DNA from: a virus
Direction: 5' to 3' (one strand)
DNA length: 64,000 nucleotides
IMG/VR virus record: IMGVR_UViG_3300025280_000022
Both the position numbers and the translations under genes were made by a program. This document shows, piece after piece, positions 19,162-28,147 of the stretch. A model generated the notes under the pieces. That model worked only from the letters and a program-made list of their open reading frames with translations. It did no database searches and was not told where the DNA came from. Position 1 is the stretch's first letter; every line of letters begins with the position of its first letter.

Positions 19162-21068
19162 AAAGCCAGGGAAAAGTTAGGGGACATTTGGCCATTGTGG
19201 TGGGAATTAATATTTAAATTTGTTGCCAGGGGATCCGCATTATAAACGATTTGGAAATGCCCTTCATTATCCCCAAACCCCTCAAGCTCTAAAGAGTTGC
19301 CAAGCGATGGGTCAAACGGAATAAATTTGTGGATAAAAGGATTGCCATCTAGAAGGCTAAACAGGTCTGGACGAGTTGAGAAATAAATATTGTAATCGGG
19401 AAAATCACGTTTAATGCTGGCCAGCATGCTTAGGGCATATAAAACCGTGGTGCCGCTTGAGGGGGAAACAACTAAAATCCGAGAACCTTTGTCTTCTGGG
19501 TCTAAAAACTTTTTAATATCGAAAGAATTTAATGTATTATTATGGTCGTGAGCGGTCTTAATAAAAAAATTATAAACGGCCTCCTTGTTTTTCTCTTGTT
19601 TAAGGTTTTGCATCCACTGCTGGTATCCTTGGTAGTTCTGGTCTACTGCTCTATTTAGTATATTTTGATATAAATCTTTAATAAATTCTCCATCGTCCTC
19701 AGTATTGGGCATAGGATATTGAGGGTTTTTTGGCTGGATGCTTAAATCAATCGAATCATCCAAAAAGGGCGCAGCCTTTATGATTTCCTCTACCTGTTTT
19801 CCAATCACGTCTTTGGAAAAATTATCTAAGACGAATTGGCGCGCTTTGCGCCCTAGTGACCTTCTTTTGGTTTCTTTCATCTTAAATACCTTGGTGAGCT
19901 GTTTGTCGATGCTCCGCGCGTAGGTGCTGGCCTTGATAAATTGGGTGCCTGGCTCGCGGTACTCGGCCCATTCGAGGGGAAATCCTCCGCTGGCCGAAGT
20001 GCAACAATCTTCTCCACAGGAATAGTTGGTTACTAAAGTTATTAGTTCGGTAAGTTTAGCTTCTTGAACGGGAATCTCTTGGCCCCCGCTTGTGAATGGA
20101 TGGCAATACACATCCATTAGGTTATAAATTTCGTTTAATTGGGATTCGTTCACCCCTGCGCCGACATTTGTGGTGTTTTGACTTTCTTTGGCCCCACAAA
20201 ATTTACAATCTTGCTGATGGCCGCTAAATGGCTTAATTTCATACTCTCCACATTGAGAGCAGTAATAGGTGGTGAGCACGAGCGCGGGATCAATTCCTTT
20301 TTCATGTAGCAAGCGAGGAATGTCCCACCCTTCGCCCCAGTGTGTGTGCAATAAGAGGCGCGCGTTAGATTCGGGGGTTTTTTGCAAAAACATCTTAAAG
20401 CCGTCCAGAATATTAGGAACACTTTTGCGTAGTTGATTGCGAAAAACAAAACCTATTATAAAGGACTGAGGGGGGAGATTATTACGAGCGCGGAGAGTTT
20501 TTCGGGCGTCAGTAGATAGCCGAAAAAAGTCTTCGGAGTGAACTGCTCCACGAAGGGTTTTGACGTGATTAATTCCTAGTTTGTGCATTTCGCGTTCTGC
20601 AAAAGAAGCCCAGACGTAATAGTTTTTTATTAAACTAGCGGGATTTACTGCGGCGGGCAAAAGTGGAAGGCTGTCTAGAGTGGTCCAAATCATACATGTA
20701 GTTTTATTCCACCAATCTTTTTCATAAAATCCTTCGAACGCCCAAATGTCTTCCATCCCTATATATAAATCGGGGCGTTCTTCTTTGATTATTCTATCTA
20801 TCATTTCGTGACCATAACCTGCACCACGAGCGCGATTAGGGTCTTGATTAATCTGTTCTATCACCTGGTCATTATCGGGAAGCGTGCCTACAGCCTTCCA
20901 GGGCAGCGTTTTGAGAGAAGGGTCGCTGTATTTTTTTCCATTGGCTGCCTCTACTACTTCGCAGCAATCATTCTCTACTAAATAAGACAAAACATTCTTG
21001 GCGTTTTTGCCAAACCCCGTAAAGGCTCGAGAGGTATTGGAATGTAAAAGAACTTTTTTCTTTCTCAT
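19149..21068 (-). CDS. GT4 (GT-B) glycosyltransferase with CxxC...CxxC insertion and extra C-terminal domains
   Basis: 'TGFG', 'FRNQLRKSVP', 'LNEIYNLMDVYCHPFTSGGQEIPVQEA'. Zn-finger-like CSQC/CKFC. C-terminal 'LLDGNPFIHKFI' is GT9-like. Confidence 0.8.
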   Translation of the reverse strand: MRKKKVLLHSNTSRAFTGFGKNAKNVLSYLVENDCCEVVEAANGKKYSDPSLKTLPWKAVGTLPDNDQVIEQINQDPNRARGAGYGHEMIDRIIKEERPDLYIGMEDIWAFEGFYEKDWWNKTTCMIWTTLDSLPLLPAAVNPASLIKNYYVWASFAEREMHKLGINHVKTLRGAVHSEDFFRLSTDARKTLRARNNLPPQSFIIGFVFRNQLRKSVPNILDGFKMFLQKTPESNARLLLHTHWGEGWDIPRLLHEKGIDPALVLTTYYCSQCGEYEIKPFSGHQQDCKFCGAKESQNTTNVGAGVNESQLNEIYNLMDVYCHPFTSGGQEIPVQEAKLTELITLVTNYSCGEDCCTSASGGFPLEWAEYREPGTQFIKASTYARSIDKQLTKVFKMKETKRRSLGRKARQFVLDNFSKDVIGKQVEEIIKAAPFLDDSIDLSIQPKNPQYPMPNTEDDGEFIKDLYQNILNRAVDQNYQGYQQWMQNLKQEKNKEAVYNFFIKTAHDHNNTLNSFDIKKFLDPEDKGSRILVVSPSSGTTVLYALSMLASIKRDFPDYNIYFSTRPDLFSLLDGNPFIHKFIPFDPSLGNSLELEGFGDNEGHFQIVYNADPLATNLNINSHHNGQMSPNFSLALCTA

Positions 21069-21631
21069 TAAATAAACTCGTTAGGGGTCTTGTTGGCCGC
21101 TTCTTTTATAGCATTAAGCTGTTTTTCTACCCTGAGCCCATAGGTTGTGGTTAGAATAAGCTTAAATAAAACTTTTAAGCACTGGCACTCCCCTGGCTCG
21201 AGGGCAATTTTAAAAGAGTTGCTGCCGTTTTTTGTTAGGGTAAGTCCAAAAGCGGGAATGGTGGTCTTTTTCTGTTCGTATTTATTCGTTTGGCTATTGA
21301 AGCTGCTTACGGTTGTAGGTTTGTCCCACGGAAGGAATTTGATAGAAGTTTTATCTTCACCGTAAGAATGAAAGGTGGAATATTCTCTACGGTCTTCCAT
21401 GGCGGAAATTAAGGAGCCGATTTCAAATTCATTGAATTTTAAAATAATATTTTTTTCGGGATCCTTGCTGTTTTGCTGAAAGTAACCCTTTTTCTTTTCA
21501 GGGTCCCAGCTATGTTGCTTGACGGACTTAATATAAAGAACTTGTTCTTGGCTTTTATGATCAATGCCAGCTTGAAATGTAAAAGCAGAACCTGTGTTTT
21601 TAGAATTAGGTTTATATAGTAAAACACTCAT
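21068..21631 (-). CDS. Putative Whirly/PC4-fold ssDNA-binding protein
   Basis: 'LKFNEFEIGSLIS...STFH' and 'FKIALEPGECQCL' echo the two beta-sheet+helix halves of the Whirly domain. Confidence 0.45.
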   Translation of the reverse strand: MSVLLYKPNSKNTGSAFTFQAGIDHKSQEQVLYIKSVKQHSWDPEKKKGYFQQNSKDPEKNIILKFNEFEIGSLISAMEDRREYSTFHSYGEDKTSIKFLPWDKPTTVSSFNSQTNKYEQKKTTIPAFGLTLTKNGSNSFKIALEPGECQCLKVLFKLILTTTYGLRVEKQLNAIKEAANKTPNEFI

Positions 21632-21681
21632 TATACACTATAATAATAAGAAAAGGAGCATTTTAAAGTGTAAAAGAAAGC

Positions 21682-23112
21682 ATGGCTTTAATACAATTTA
21701 GGCAGGTTGATGGTCTGCAGGAGGCAGTTAACACAGTTAGCGGAAGCGCCCTCGCGGTAGTTCCCGAATTAAATCGAGTTTTAAGTGGGGTAGCATACTT
21801 TTCGAATAACAAATACTTTAATGGCAATGTAAACATTACAGGAACTCTTTCGAGCCTTCCTACGGGAGGTATCAATGCTCTTAATCTTTCGGGTAATTCT
21901 TTAGTGGGGAGGAGTTATACTTTATCCTTCGGGGAGGAGGCGGATTTGAGCATTTCTTCTCCCAACACAGGGAGATTGCGCTTAAATGCAGCGGCGGGGG
22001 CAGGATCGGGGATTTTAGAATTTAACGCGGCAGAACCAATAAGCTGTACCACTCCTGGCCTAGATGCCAGCAATCAAGATTTTCCTTTGATCGTGGGGCA
22101 GTCAACGGGCGCCTTAGCGGTAAAAACGGCAGCTGGGCTTCCTGTATTGAATTTTTACACGGCTGGGGGGTTGGATCATGTGGGCATCGCTAATACAGCA
22201 CCCGAGTCTCAATTGGATATTAGCGGACTCGCTAGTATAAGGGGTCAACTAGGATTTAATTCTTTGCTGCATCCTAATGTAATTGACAATGTCGTAATCA
22301 CTCCCGCGGCGGACGCCACTAATAATTTAGCTAAATTACGTTTATTTCCCACGCAGGCAAGCGTAATAAGTTCGGCCATGAATTCGGGGATATTTTTACA
22401 GGCGCAAGGAAGTGGGGACGCTATGACTGGCACTCTCGGAACCACTTCGAGCTCAGCGGGGGGCATTGAGCTCGATTTAGCCGTGGGATTGACTACGGTG
22501 GCCTCTTTTAAGCCAGACTATAGCATCGATCTGGGGGGAAGTGGAGCCTATGGGCAAACAGCCACAATTAGGGTACAGGGCGATATAATGCCGAGCGGCA
22601 CGGGTTCGGCGCTAGGCTCTTCGGGAAGTCCCTGGAGGAAGATTTATAGTGATTCGGCTGTGGGCGCCGACTCAGAGGAGATCACAATTCTACCTACTGA
22701 TTTTGTAGTGACTTCTTTTAATGCCACGAGCCTTAGTTATGGCAACGTAGTGATTTACGATACCACTGGAACCCCTACCGCTTTGCAGGTCCCTGATACA
22801 GCTAATAATACTTTAGTATGCTTTAAGACGATACCTAAAGGATATAAGGGCACCTCCTTTGGTATATCAGGCCTTGGGGCCGACCCCGCTTCATTGCCGA
22901 GTGTTAACTACCAGACGGGTAAGATTTATAATATGAATGTAGGAGGTAGTCCTGTGGGGGGTATTGCTGGAGACATTAATCAAGCTGTTAATATCACCGC
23001 GGGATATCAATTACAGGGAGGGGAGTGGGACGCAACAATGGCTCTCGAGCTTGCTCTTGATAGTTCGGGGGATAGAATTTACGGCGGTTATATTGGAATA
23101 GAGCGTATCTAA
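21682..23112 (+). CDS. Tail fibre/virion appendage protein
   Basis: 'HVGIANTAPESQLDISG' and 'GDIMPSGTGSALGSSGSPWRKIY' are recurrent tail-fibre motifs. Preceded by GTGTA-N9-ATG. Confidence 0.7.
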   Translation: MALIQFRQVDGLQEAVNTVSGSALAVVPELNRVLSGVAYFSNNKYFNGNVNITGTLSSLPTGGINALNLSGNSLVGRSYTLSFGEEADLSISSPNTGRLRLNAAAGAGSGILEFNAAEPISCTTPGLDASNQDFPLIVGQSTGALAVKTAAGLPVLNFYTAGGLDHVGIANTAPESQLDISGLASIRGQLGFNSLLHPNVIDNVVITPAADATNNLAKLRLFPTQASVISSAMNSGIFLQAQGSGDAMTGTLGTTSSSAGGIELDLAVGLTTVASFKPDYSIDLGGSGAYGQTATIRVQGDIMPSGTGSALGSSGSPWRKIYSDSAVGADSEEITILPTDFVVTSFNATSLSYGNVVIYDTTGTPTALQVPDTANNTLVCFKTIPKGYKGTSFGISGLGADPASLPSVNYQTGKIYNMNVGGSPVGGIAGDINQAVNITAGYQLQGGEWDATMALELALDSSGDRIYGGYIGIERI

Positions 23113-23495
23113 AATTCCACATCAATGCCTTTGATTTTCTTATGCCCCCTTTTGTCTTGAGGGTGACGCAGACCCCGACGACTCTTTGAGAAATCATCAA
23201 AGTATTTATTCTGAACGGGGTCGTAGCCGAGTTTTTCTTTTCGCTGACGGCCAAGATCTCTGCTTGCATCTAGTAGGTCCCCGTAGCTTCCCTTTTTCTG
23301 CGCAGTTTTATTTATAAAGTCATTTTTATCAAAGGGATCAATTTCTCCTATAGTAACAGCACTAAGCTGCGTAGTTGTAAAAATACGATTCCACTCAACT
23401 CCGTCATCGTCAACGTATTCATGGATGTCCTCCATGCCTTGGAATATATATTTATATTCTTCTGACTGAGGGTGCTGATAAAGGTATTCGGGCAT
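23109..23495 (-). CDS. FmdB-like small protein (Cys-less variant)
   Basis: 'MPEYLYQHP...IFQGM' matches the FmdB-type N-terminus without the Zn cysteines. GTGTA-N12-ATG upstream. Confidence 0.55.
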   Translation of the reverse strand: MPEYLYQHPQSEEYKYIFQGMEDIHEYVDDDGVEWNRIFTTTQLSAVTIGEIDPFDKNDFINKTAQKKGSYGDLLDASRDLGRQRKEKLGYDPVQNKYFDDFSKSRRGLRHPQDKRGHKKIKGIDVEF

Positions 23496-23521
23496 TCTTT
23501 TATAATATACACCTCATCAGA

Positions 23522-23866
23522 TTATTCTATAAGTATCTCCTGGGGCTTAGCTGCCGCTACCTTGGGTAGCGATACATAAAGAATGCCATTTTTTAGTTTT
23601 GCGCCAATTTTTTTAAGATTTACATCTTTAGGTAGGGCAATCGTTTTTGTTCTTTTTTTATTTTTTTCGTCTTCGGCTGATATTGTAAGATGATTATTTT
23701 TAGTAGAGACTTTAATTTGAGAACGGTCAAAGCCTGGGAGTTCCACGCTGAAAACATAGTCATTATCAACCTCCTCGAGCTCTATCGTTGTGTGATAGGA
23801 AGACCAGAGGTTGTCTAGAATATCTTCGAAGGGATTAATACTAAGGAATCGGTTGTATACGGTCAT
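23522..23866 (-). CDS. Small heat shock protein (Hsp20/alpha-crystallin)
   Basis: 'VELPGFDRSQIKV...LTISAE...LPKDV...IGAKLKNGILYVSLPK...EILIE'. Confidence 0.92.
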   Translation of the reverse strand: MTVYNRFLSINPFEDILDNLWSSYHTTIELEEVDNDYVFSVELPGFDRSQIKVSTKNNHLTISAEDEKNKKRTKTIALPKDVNLKKIGAKLKNGILYVSLPKVAAAKPQEILIE

Positions 23867-23908
23867 TATAGATCTTTCTGTTGATTGTTAATAGTTAATC
23901 TTTGTTAA

Positions 23909-23925
23909 AGCAGAAAGCGTGCCAA
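23909..23925 (-). promoter_or_regulatory. sigma54 (-24/-12) promoter for hsp20
   Basis: Minus strand TTGGCACGCTTTCTGCT versus consensus YTGGCACGRNNNTTGCW, 43 bp upstream of the hsp20 ATG. Confidence 0.7.
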
Positions 23926-23927
23926 TA

Positions 23928-23957
23928 CCAAAAACCCCGATTTTCTCGGGGTTTTGG
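23928..23957 (-). terminator. Intrinsic terminator (possibly bidirectional) upstream of the hsp20 promoter
   Basis: AAAACCCCGA-ttttc-TCGGGGTTTT inverted repeat with T-tracts on both strands. Confidence 0.65.
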
Positions 23958-23966
23958 GTTTTTAGG

Positions 23967-24003
23967 TGAGACTTTATGTCTCGACCTAAGACTTAATGAC
24001 TTA
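23967..24003. promoter_or_regulatory. Two palindromic sites 20 bp apart, putative enhancer-binding protein UAS
   Basis: TGAGAC-tttat-GTCTCG (23967) and TAAGAC-ttaat-GACTTA (23987), upstream of the sigma54 element. Confidence 0.5.
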
Positions 24004-24096
24004 ACATTAAAGAACCTTGGCTATTACTGGCTTAACTGCTTGAATTCCTGCTTAAAGGAATGAGATTCTGAACTCCAGCTAATTAGCTCGAAACTG

Positions 24097-25185
24097 CTAT
24101 AGTGTGTCACATAGGGCCAAGAGGCTATCCACGGTCTTGGCGTAAGTAAAATCCTTTTGAAGCTTAATTCCTTCGGTGTTGGTTTTTTTACAGAGCCCCT
24201 CGGCTTCTTTCATTTTTGCGATAAGGGAGTTTTCATCAAAACAGTAAATGGTTCCCTGGTTGAAGGGAGCTCCCTCCTGGAAGAAGGTTCCATCATAACA
24301 ATTTTCTTTACCGCTTGGTTCTACCAAGAGAGAATTTTTATCGGTAGCCCAATCTTGGTGGGAAGTAGCATTTAAAACGATGCTCCACTTTCCTAGAGCC
24401 GTTGCATTAAAGGCGGGTAAATTCCACCCTTCGGCGCCGCTCATTCCGCTTAAATCGATATCTATGGCATTAATAAAGTCATTTACTTCGGAGTTAGTAG
24501 GGAGATGGGGGAGAAAATTAACATTCCCATAGCGTTTTCCTTCTGTGAGATTATGGAGGATGCCCTCCATTTGTTGCGGTTGAAAAAAAGGATTTGTAAC
24601 ACAGCATGTGAGCTGATAGTCGAAATTATTACCATATTCTTTAATCCACGTTTGAATTATCTTGGCGGTGTGTTTGCGCTTTTCGAATTTACCCATTAAG
24701 CCAAAATGAATCTTGTTCTTCATATATTCTTTGCCTGTGGGCCCTAAATCAGGGTCAAAGCCAATAGGTATGAAATGTGTGTTAGTGGCTCCCCTATTAA
24801 TAAAGCTATCACGAGCATAAGAACTACTGAAAGCTATACGATCCTGAAGCGATACGAGGTTTTGTTCGATGGGTGTGGGTTGGTCTAGTTCATAAAAGGT
24901 ATATAAAATTTTTCGAGGGCTAAAACGAGCTTCGGAACCGTTGATGTGCCACATCTGTAATGTGACTGCATCGTTTGACACATTATGAAGACGATCATTT
25001 ATAGAATCCTCCAACCATTTGTGAAAGTCAGGATCTAATTTATCAAAAGCCTGAAGATCTACATTGTTTCCAATAGGGAAGAAAGAACATTCTACCCCCT
25101 TCTTGTAAAATTCTCGGGCCATATTTAAAGAAACATTACCGAAGCTCAAACTGTTAAGTGGAGCGTTAAATATTATTTTTTTCAT
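24097..25185 (-). CDS. GT4-like glycosyltransferase
   Basis: 'GKFEKRKH', 'GMSGAEGWNLPAFNATALGK' donor-binding motif. Confidence 0.8.
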   Translation of the reverse strand: MKKIIFNAPLNSLSFGNVSLNMAREFYKKGVECSFFPIGNNVDLQAFDKLDPDFHKWLEDSINDRLHNVSNDAVTLQMWHINGSEARFSPRKILYTFYELDQPTPIEQNLVSLQDRIAFSSSYARDSFINRGATNTHFIPIGFDPDLGPTGKEYMKNKIHFGLMGKFEKRKHTAKIIQTWIKEYGNNFDYQLTCCVTNPFFQPQQMEGILHNLTEGKRYGNVNFLPHLPTNSEVNDFINAIDIDLSGMSGAEGWNLPAFNATALGKWSIVLNATSHQDWATDKNSLLVEPSGKENCYDGTFFQEGAPFNQGTIYCFDENSLIAKMKEAEGLCKKTNTEGIKLQKDFTYAKTVDSLLALCDTL

Positions 25186-25571
25186 TAAAAGGGGATGTCT
25201 GCCAATTCCTTCTCTTCTTCTGGCGTAAGCTCGCAGGAGGAGTCTCCTTTATTATCTTCTTGAGATTCCGCTTTTCCACTTAAAAATTTAACTACCGCCC
25301 CCGAGCATGAAGTTTTGTTTTTTTGTTGTCCATCGCGCCCAGTCCATGTGGAGGTACGCAAGCTTCCCTCGACAAAAACTTTGGCCCCTTTTTTGAGGAA
25401 TTGGGCGCAGGTATCTGCTAACTTCTCCCACACCGCAACCTCAATAAAAAAGGCGGCGTTTTTCCCATTATTGATTGCGATAGAGAAAGTGCAGAGGCTT
25501 TTGTCGCCCGTTACTGTGCGATGAACTGGATCGTGGGTAAGGTTGCCAATACCCATAAATTTATTAAGCAT
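25185..25571 (-). CDS. ssb: Single-stranded DNA-binding protein
   Basis: 'MLNKFMGIGNLTHDP...FIEVAVWEKLA...KGAKVFVEGSLRT' and acidic tail ending 'DIPF'. Confidence 0.95.
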   Translation of the reverse strand: MLNKFMGIGNLTHDPVHRTVTGDKSLCTFSIAINNGKNAAFFIEVAVWEKLADTCAQFLKKGAKVFVEGSLRTSTWTGRDGQQKNKTSCSGAVVKFLSGKAESQEDNKGDSSCELTPEEEKELADIPF

Positions 25572-26139
25572 TTCTTGTTCCTAGTTGAGATTTGATAGAT
25601 TTTAGAGCTTTGTTGTGAATGTTTATGCATCCTTGAATACTTAAATCTAGTTTGTCGCTTATCTTTTGCCAGGGAGTTAGTTTATTGCCTTGCGTATCCA
25701 CATAGCGCATTTTAAAGATTATTTTTACCCTGGAGTCGGGGTCTTGTTGAATCAATTCGAATATCTTTTGCAGTAGCTCTTGGTCTTCACCAAGATCCGC
25801 CTCTTCAAAAAAAGAAGCTTCCTGTATGTGCTCCTCGCTGGTTAACTGAGGGCGTCGCTTAGCCCTATTAAAGGCATTTAGGCATAACCATTTAGTTTCG
25901 TTGCCCAAGTAGGTACTAAACTTGGTGCCTCGTTTTTCTTCATACCTTAACGCCGCCATATAGATATGGTAATCCTTGTCCTCTAAAATCTCGGACTTAT
26001 GAACAAAAGGGGAGTTGTGTGGAATATAAGAATTAACAATATTTATATAAATCCCGCTATGTCTGGATATGAGCTCTAGCAAGGAAGAATCTGTATCGCG
26101 ATCTTTCTTAATGTTATAAATAAGGTCAAGGTCGGTCAT
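25564..26139 (-). CDS. Phage sigma factor-like protein (regions 2 and 4)
   Basis: 'AALRYEEKRGTKFSTYL' (region 2) and 'MRY...LTPWQKISDKLDLSIQGCINIHNKAL' (region 4 HTH). Confidence 0.8.
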   Translation of the reverse strand: MTDLDLIYNIKKDRDTDSSLLELISRHSGIYINIVNSYIPHNSPFVHKSEILEDKDYHIYMAALRYEEKRGTKFSTYLGNETKWLCLNAFNRAKRRPQLTSEEHIQEASFFEEADLGEDQELLQKIFELIQQDPDSRVKIIFKMRYVDTQGNKLTPWQKISDKLDLSIQGCINIHNKALKSIKSQLGTRNA

Positions 26140-26432
26140 CGCTCAAGCCCCTCCAGGAGACGGTAAAAGTTAGAAGCTAAGCCGTGGTAGCCTGCATTTG
26201 CCATAGCTAGAGGGGTATATACCAAGTGGGTATTTTCATCTTTTGGCTCTCCTGTTTTGAGCTCCTCGAGATCAACAACCTCTATAGAAGGTCCCACTTC
26301 AATGTCTGCGCCGTATCTGAGATATAGTGACGCAAAGGCGAGTGTGGCTGCCTCTATGGGGTCGGGAGCCTCAATTAAGGTGTGAGCATCCCCACATTTT
26401 ACCAAGAATGAAGCTTTATTTTGTAAATTCAT
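26136..26432 (-). CDS. Hypothetical protein
   Basis: ORF coupled to the sigma gene. Start moved to ATG 26432 because the track's ATG overlaps the -10 box. Confidence 0.65.
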   Translation of the reverse strand: MNLQNKASFLVKCGDAHTLIEAPDPIEAATLAFASLYLRYGADIEVGPSIEVVDLEELKTGEPKDENTHLVYTPLAMANAGYHGLASNFYRLLEGLER

Positions 26433-26439
26433 GGTGCAC

Positions 26440-26468
26440 ATTATACTAGGATAATACTCCTAAGTCAA
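26440..26468 (-). promoter_or_regulatory. sigma70 promoter for the hypothetical-sigma-ssb-GT operon
   Basis: TTGACT-N17-TATAAT, 7 nt before the ATG. Confidence 0.75.
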
Positions 26469-26482
26469 TAAAAATTTATTTC

Positions 26483-26511
26483 TTGACAAGATTTAACTAA
26501 AAGCGTATTAT
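26483..26511 (+). promoter_or_regulatory. sigma70 promoter for the glycosylation island (divergent pair)
   Basis: TTGACA-N17-TATTAT. Confidence 0.75.
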
Positions 26512-26566
26512 CTAACGGTTCGTATCGTTAATAGAAACGGGCCATCTCGTTACTAGTATCCTTATA

Positions 26567-26588
26567 CTCCTATTGCTTGCAATAGGAG
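26567..26588 (+). promoter_or_regulatory. Inverted repeat covering the Shine-Dalgarno of the first island gene
   Basis: CTCCTATTGC-TT-GCAATAGGAG. AGGAG ends 6 nt before ATG 26595. Confidence 0.55.
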
Positions 26589-26594
26589 CCTTAT

Positions 26595-27320
26595 ATGAAT
26601 AATATAGAAATATCAATAATAACATCCCTTTTTAAGGGAGGGGATTTCATTGAGCCATTTTTATATGACATAACAAATCAAAGCGTTTTTGACGAATGCG
26701 AGCTTTTGATTATTGGCGGGAATTCCCCTCATAAGAAAATAGAAGAATATTACATAAAACAATTTCAACATAAATTTGGCAATATTTCCTATTGCCCTCT
26801 TCCTGAGGATCCAGGAATATACGGAGTTTGGAATGTCGGGGTAAATAATTCAAGCGGTAAATATTTGACAAACGCCAATATCGATGATAGAAAACATAAG
26901 CAAAATCTCGAAATAATGAGAAATGAATTAGATGCAAATCCTGAAATAGATTTGGTTTATGCCGAAAACCTAGAAACACACCGCCCCAACGAAACTTTTG
27001 AAAATAATTCAGCACAAATGAAATTCCCGTCACTGCCTTTTTCTGTGGAAAACATGTTTCAAGTGAACTCGCCCCACAATAATCCTATGTGGCGCCGCAG
27101 TCTTCACGATAGATTTGGGTTATTTGACGCAAGCTATCGTTCGGCGGGGGACTACGAGCTATGGTTGCGCGCAGCCACTCAAGGCGCAAAATTTAAAAAA
27201 ATAGAGCTTGCCCTTGGGCTATATTACCGCAATCCCGAAGGAATATCTAGTAAAAAAGAATATATAGACTATAATATCCAAGAGTTTAATGAAATTAAGG
27301 AAAAATTTAGAACTACATGA
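26595..27320 (+). CDS. GT2 family glycosyltransferase
   Basis: 'ISIITSLF', 'GIYGVWNVGV...GKYLTNANIDD', 'SAGDYELWLR'. Confidence 0.9.
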   Translation: MNNIEISIITSLFKGGDFIEPFLYDITNQSVFDECELLIIGGNSPHKKIEEYYIKQFQHKFGNISYCPLPEDPGIYGVWNVGVNNSSGKYLTNANIDDRKHKQNLEIMRNELDANPEIDLVYAENLETHRPNETFENNSAQMKFPSLPFSVENMFQVNSPHNNPMWRRSLHDRFGLFDASYRSAGDYELWLRAATQGAKFKKIELALGLYYRNPEGISSKKEYIDYNIQEFNEIKEKFRTT

Positions 27321-28144
27321 AAAATGCAATAGTTTATCTTTTAAATGCGGCCGACAGAGATATGCTGAACTTCAGAATGAGCATAGAGCTGCTTCGCAAT
27401 AATTACCTTTATGAGCATCCATGCGACGTTATCTGTTTTCATGAAAAGAATTTTCCCGCCGTGGAAATTCAGTATTTAAAAGAAGCATTCGAAGTAAATT
27501 TTATTTTTGAAGAAATTTCCTTTAATGTACCCGCGTATCCTCCTGAAATTTCCGCCGAAATTCCTGAATATTTTCCCCACCCGCTTTTTCCTAAAGCGCA
27601 AGGATTCCCTATAGGCTACAGGCACATGTGCAGGTTTTTTGCTGGAGAACTTTTTAAACTAAAGGTTTTAGGGAAATATGATTACGTATGGAGACTGGAT
27701 ACCGATTCTTTTATTCTGCGCCCAATAGATTTTAATATCTTCGAGAGAATGGAGAAAAAGAAGGCGGTTTATGGATACATCAATATCCAGCATGATCACC
27801 CCAAGATGGTAGAAAATCTCTGGGAGACCGCGGAGGCCTACTTTACGCCCTTAAGCAAAGCCCACATTTTTAGCAAAGAGGTTAAGGAGCAACATTTACG
27901 GCGCGTTTTTTACACCAATTTTGAAGTTTTTAACGCATCTTGGTTTCGAGCGCCAGCTTATCAAGACTTTTATAATTACCTTGATGAAACAGGGGGGATT
28001 TATAAGCACCGTTGGGGGGATCATGCAATCAGATATATTGCCCTAATGTCTCTATGTGATAAAAGTGAATTATTATTTTTTGATGATATAATGTACCAAC
28101 ATGGTGAAGTTTATCATAACAATGAAATAACTGATACTTTTTGA
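27317..28144 (+). CDS. GT15 (KRE2/MNT1-like) mannosyltransferase-like protein
   Basis: 'GYRHMCRFF', 'YDYVWRLD', 'YTNFEV', 'GGIYKHRWGD' are GT15 signature motifs. Confidence 0.85.
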   Translation: MKNAIVYLLNAADRDMLNFRMSIELLRNNYLYEHPCDVICFHEKNFPAVEIQYLKEAFEVNFIFEEISFNVPAYPPEISAEIPEYFPHPLFPKAQGFPIGYRHMCRFFAGELFKLKVLGKYDYVWRLDTDSFILRPIDFNIFERMEKKKAVYGYINIQHDHPKMVENLWETAEAYFTPLSKAHIFSKEVKEQHLRRVFYTNFEVFNASWFRAPAYQDFYNYLDETGGIYKHRWGDHAIRYIALMSLCDKSELLFFDDIMYQHGEVYHNNEITDTF

Positions 28145-28147
28145 AAG

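Noticed and set aside
21632-21638. GTGTA upstream of the Whirly-like gene
   Set aside because: Only 2 nt from the ATG, outside the 9-12 nt spacing, so not counted.
23867-24096. tRNA or structured ncRNA in the larger intergenic gaps (also 26442-26594, 41686-41822)
   Set aside because: No cloverleaf or T-loop pattern found. The hairpins are explained as terminator, operator or SD-sequestering elements.
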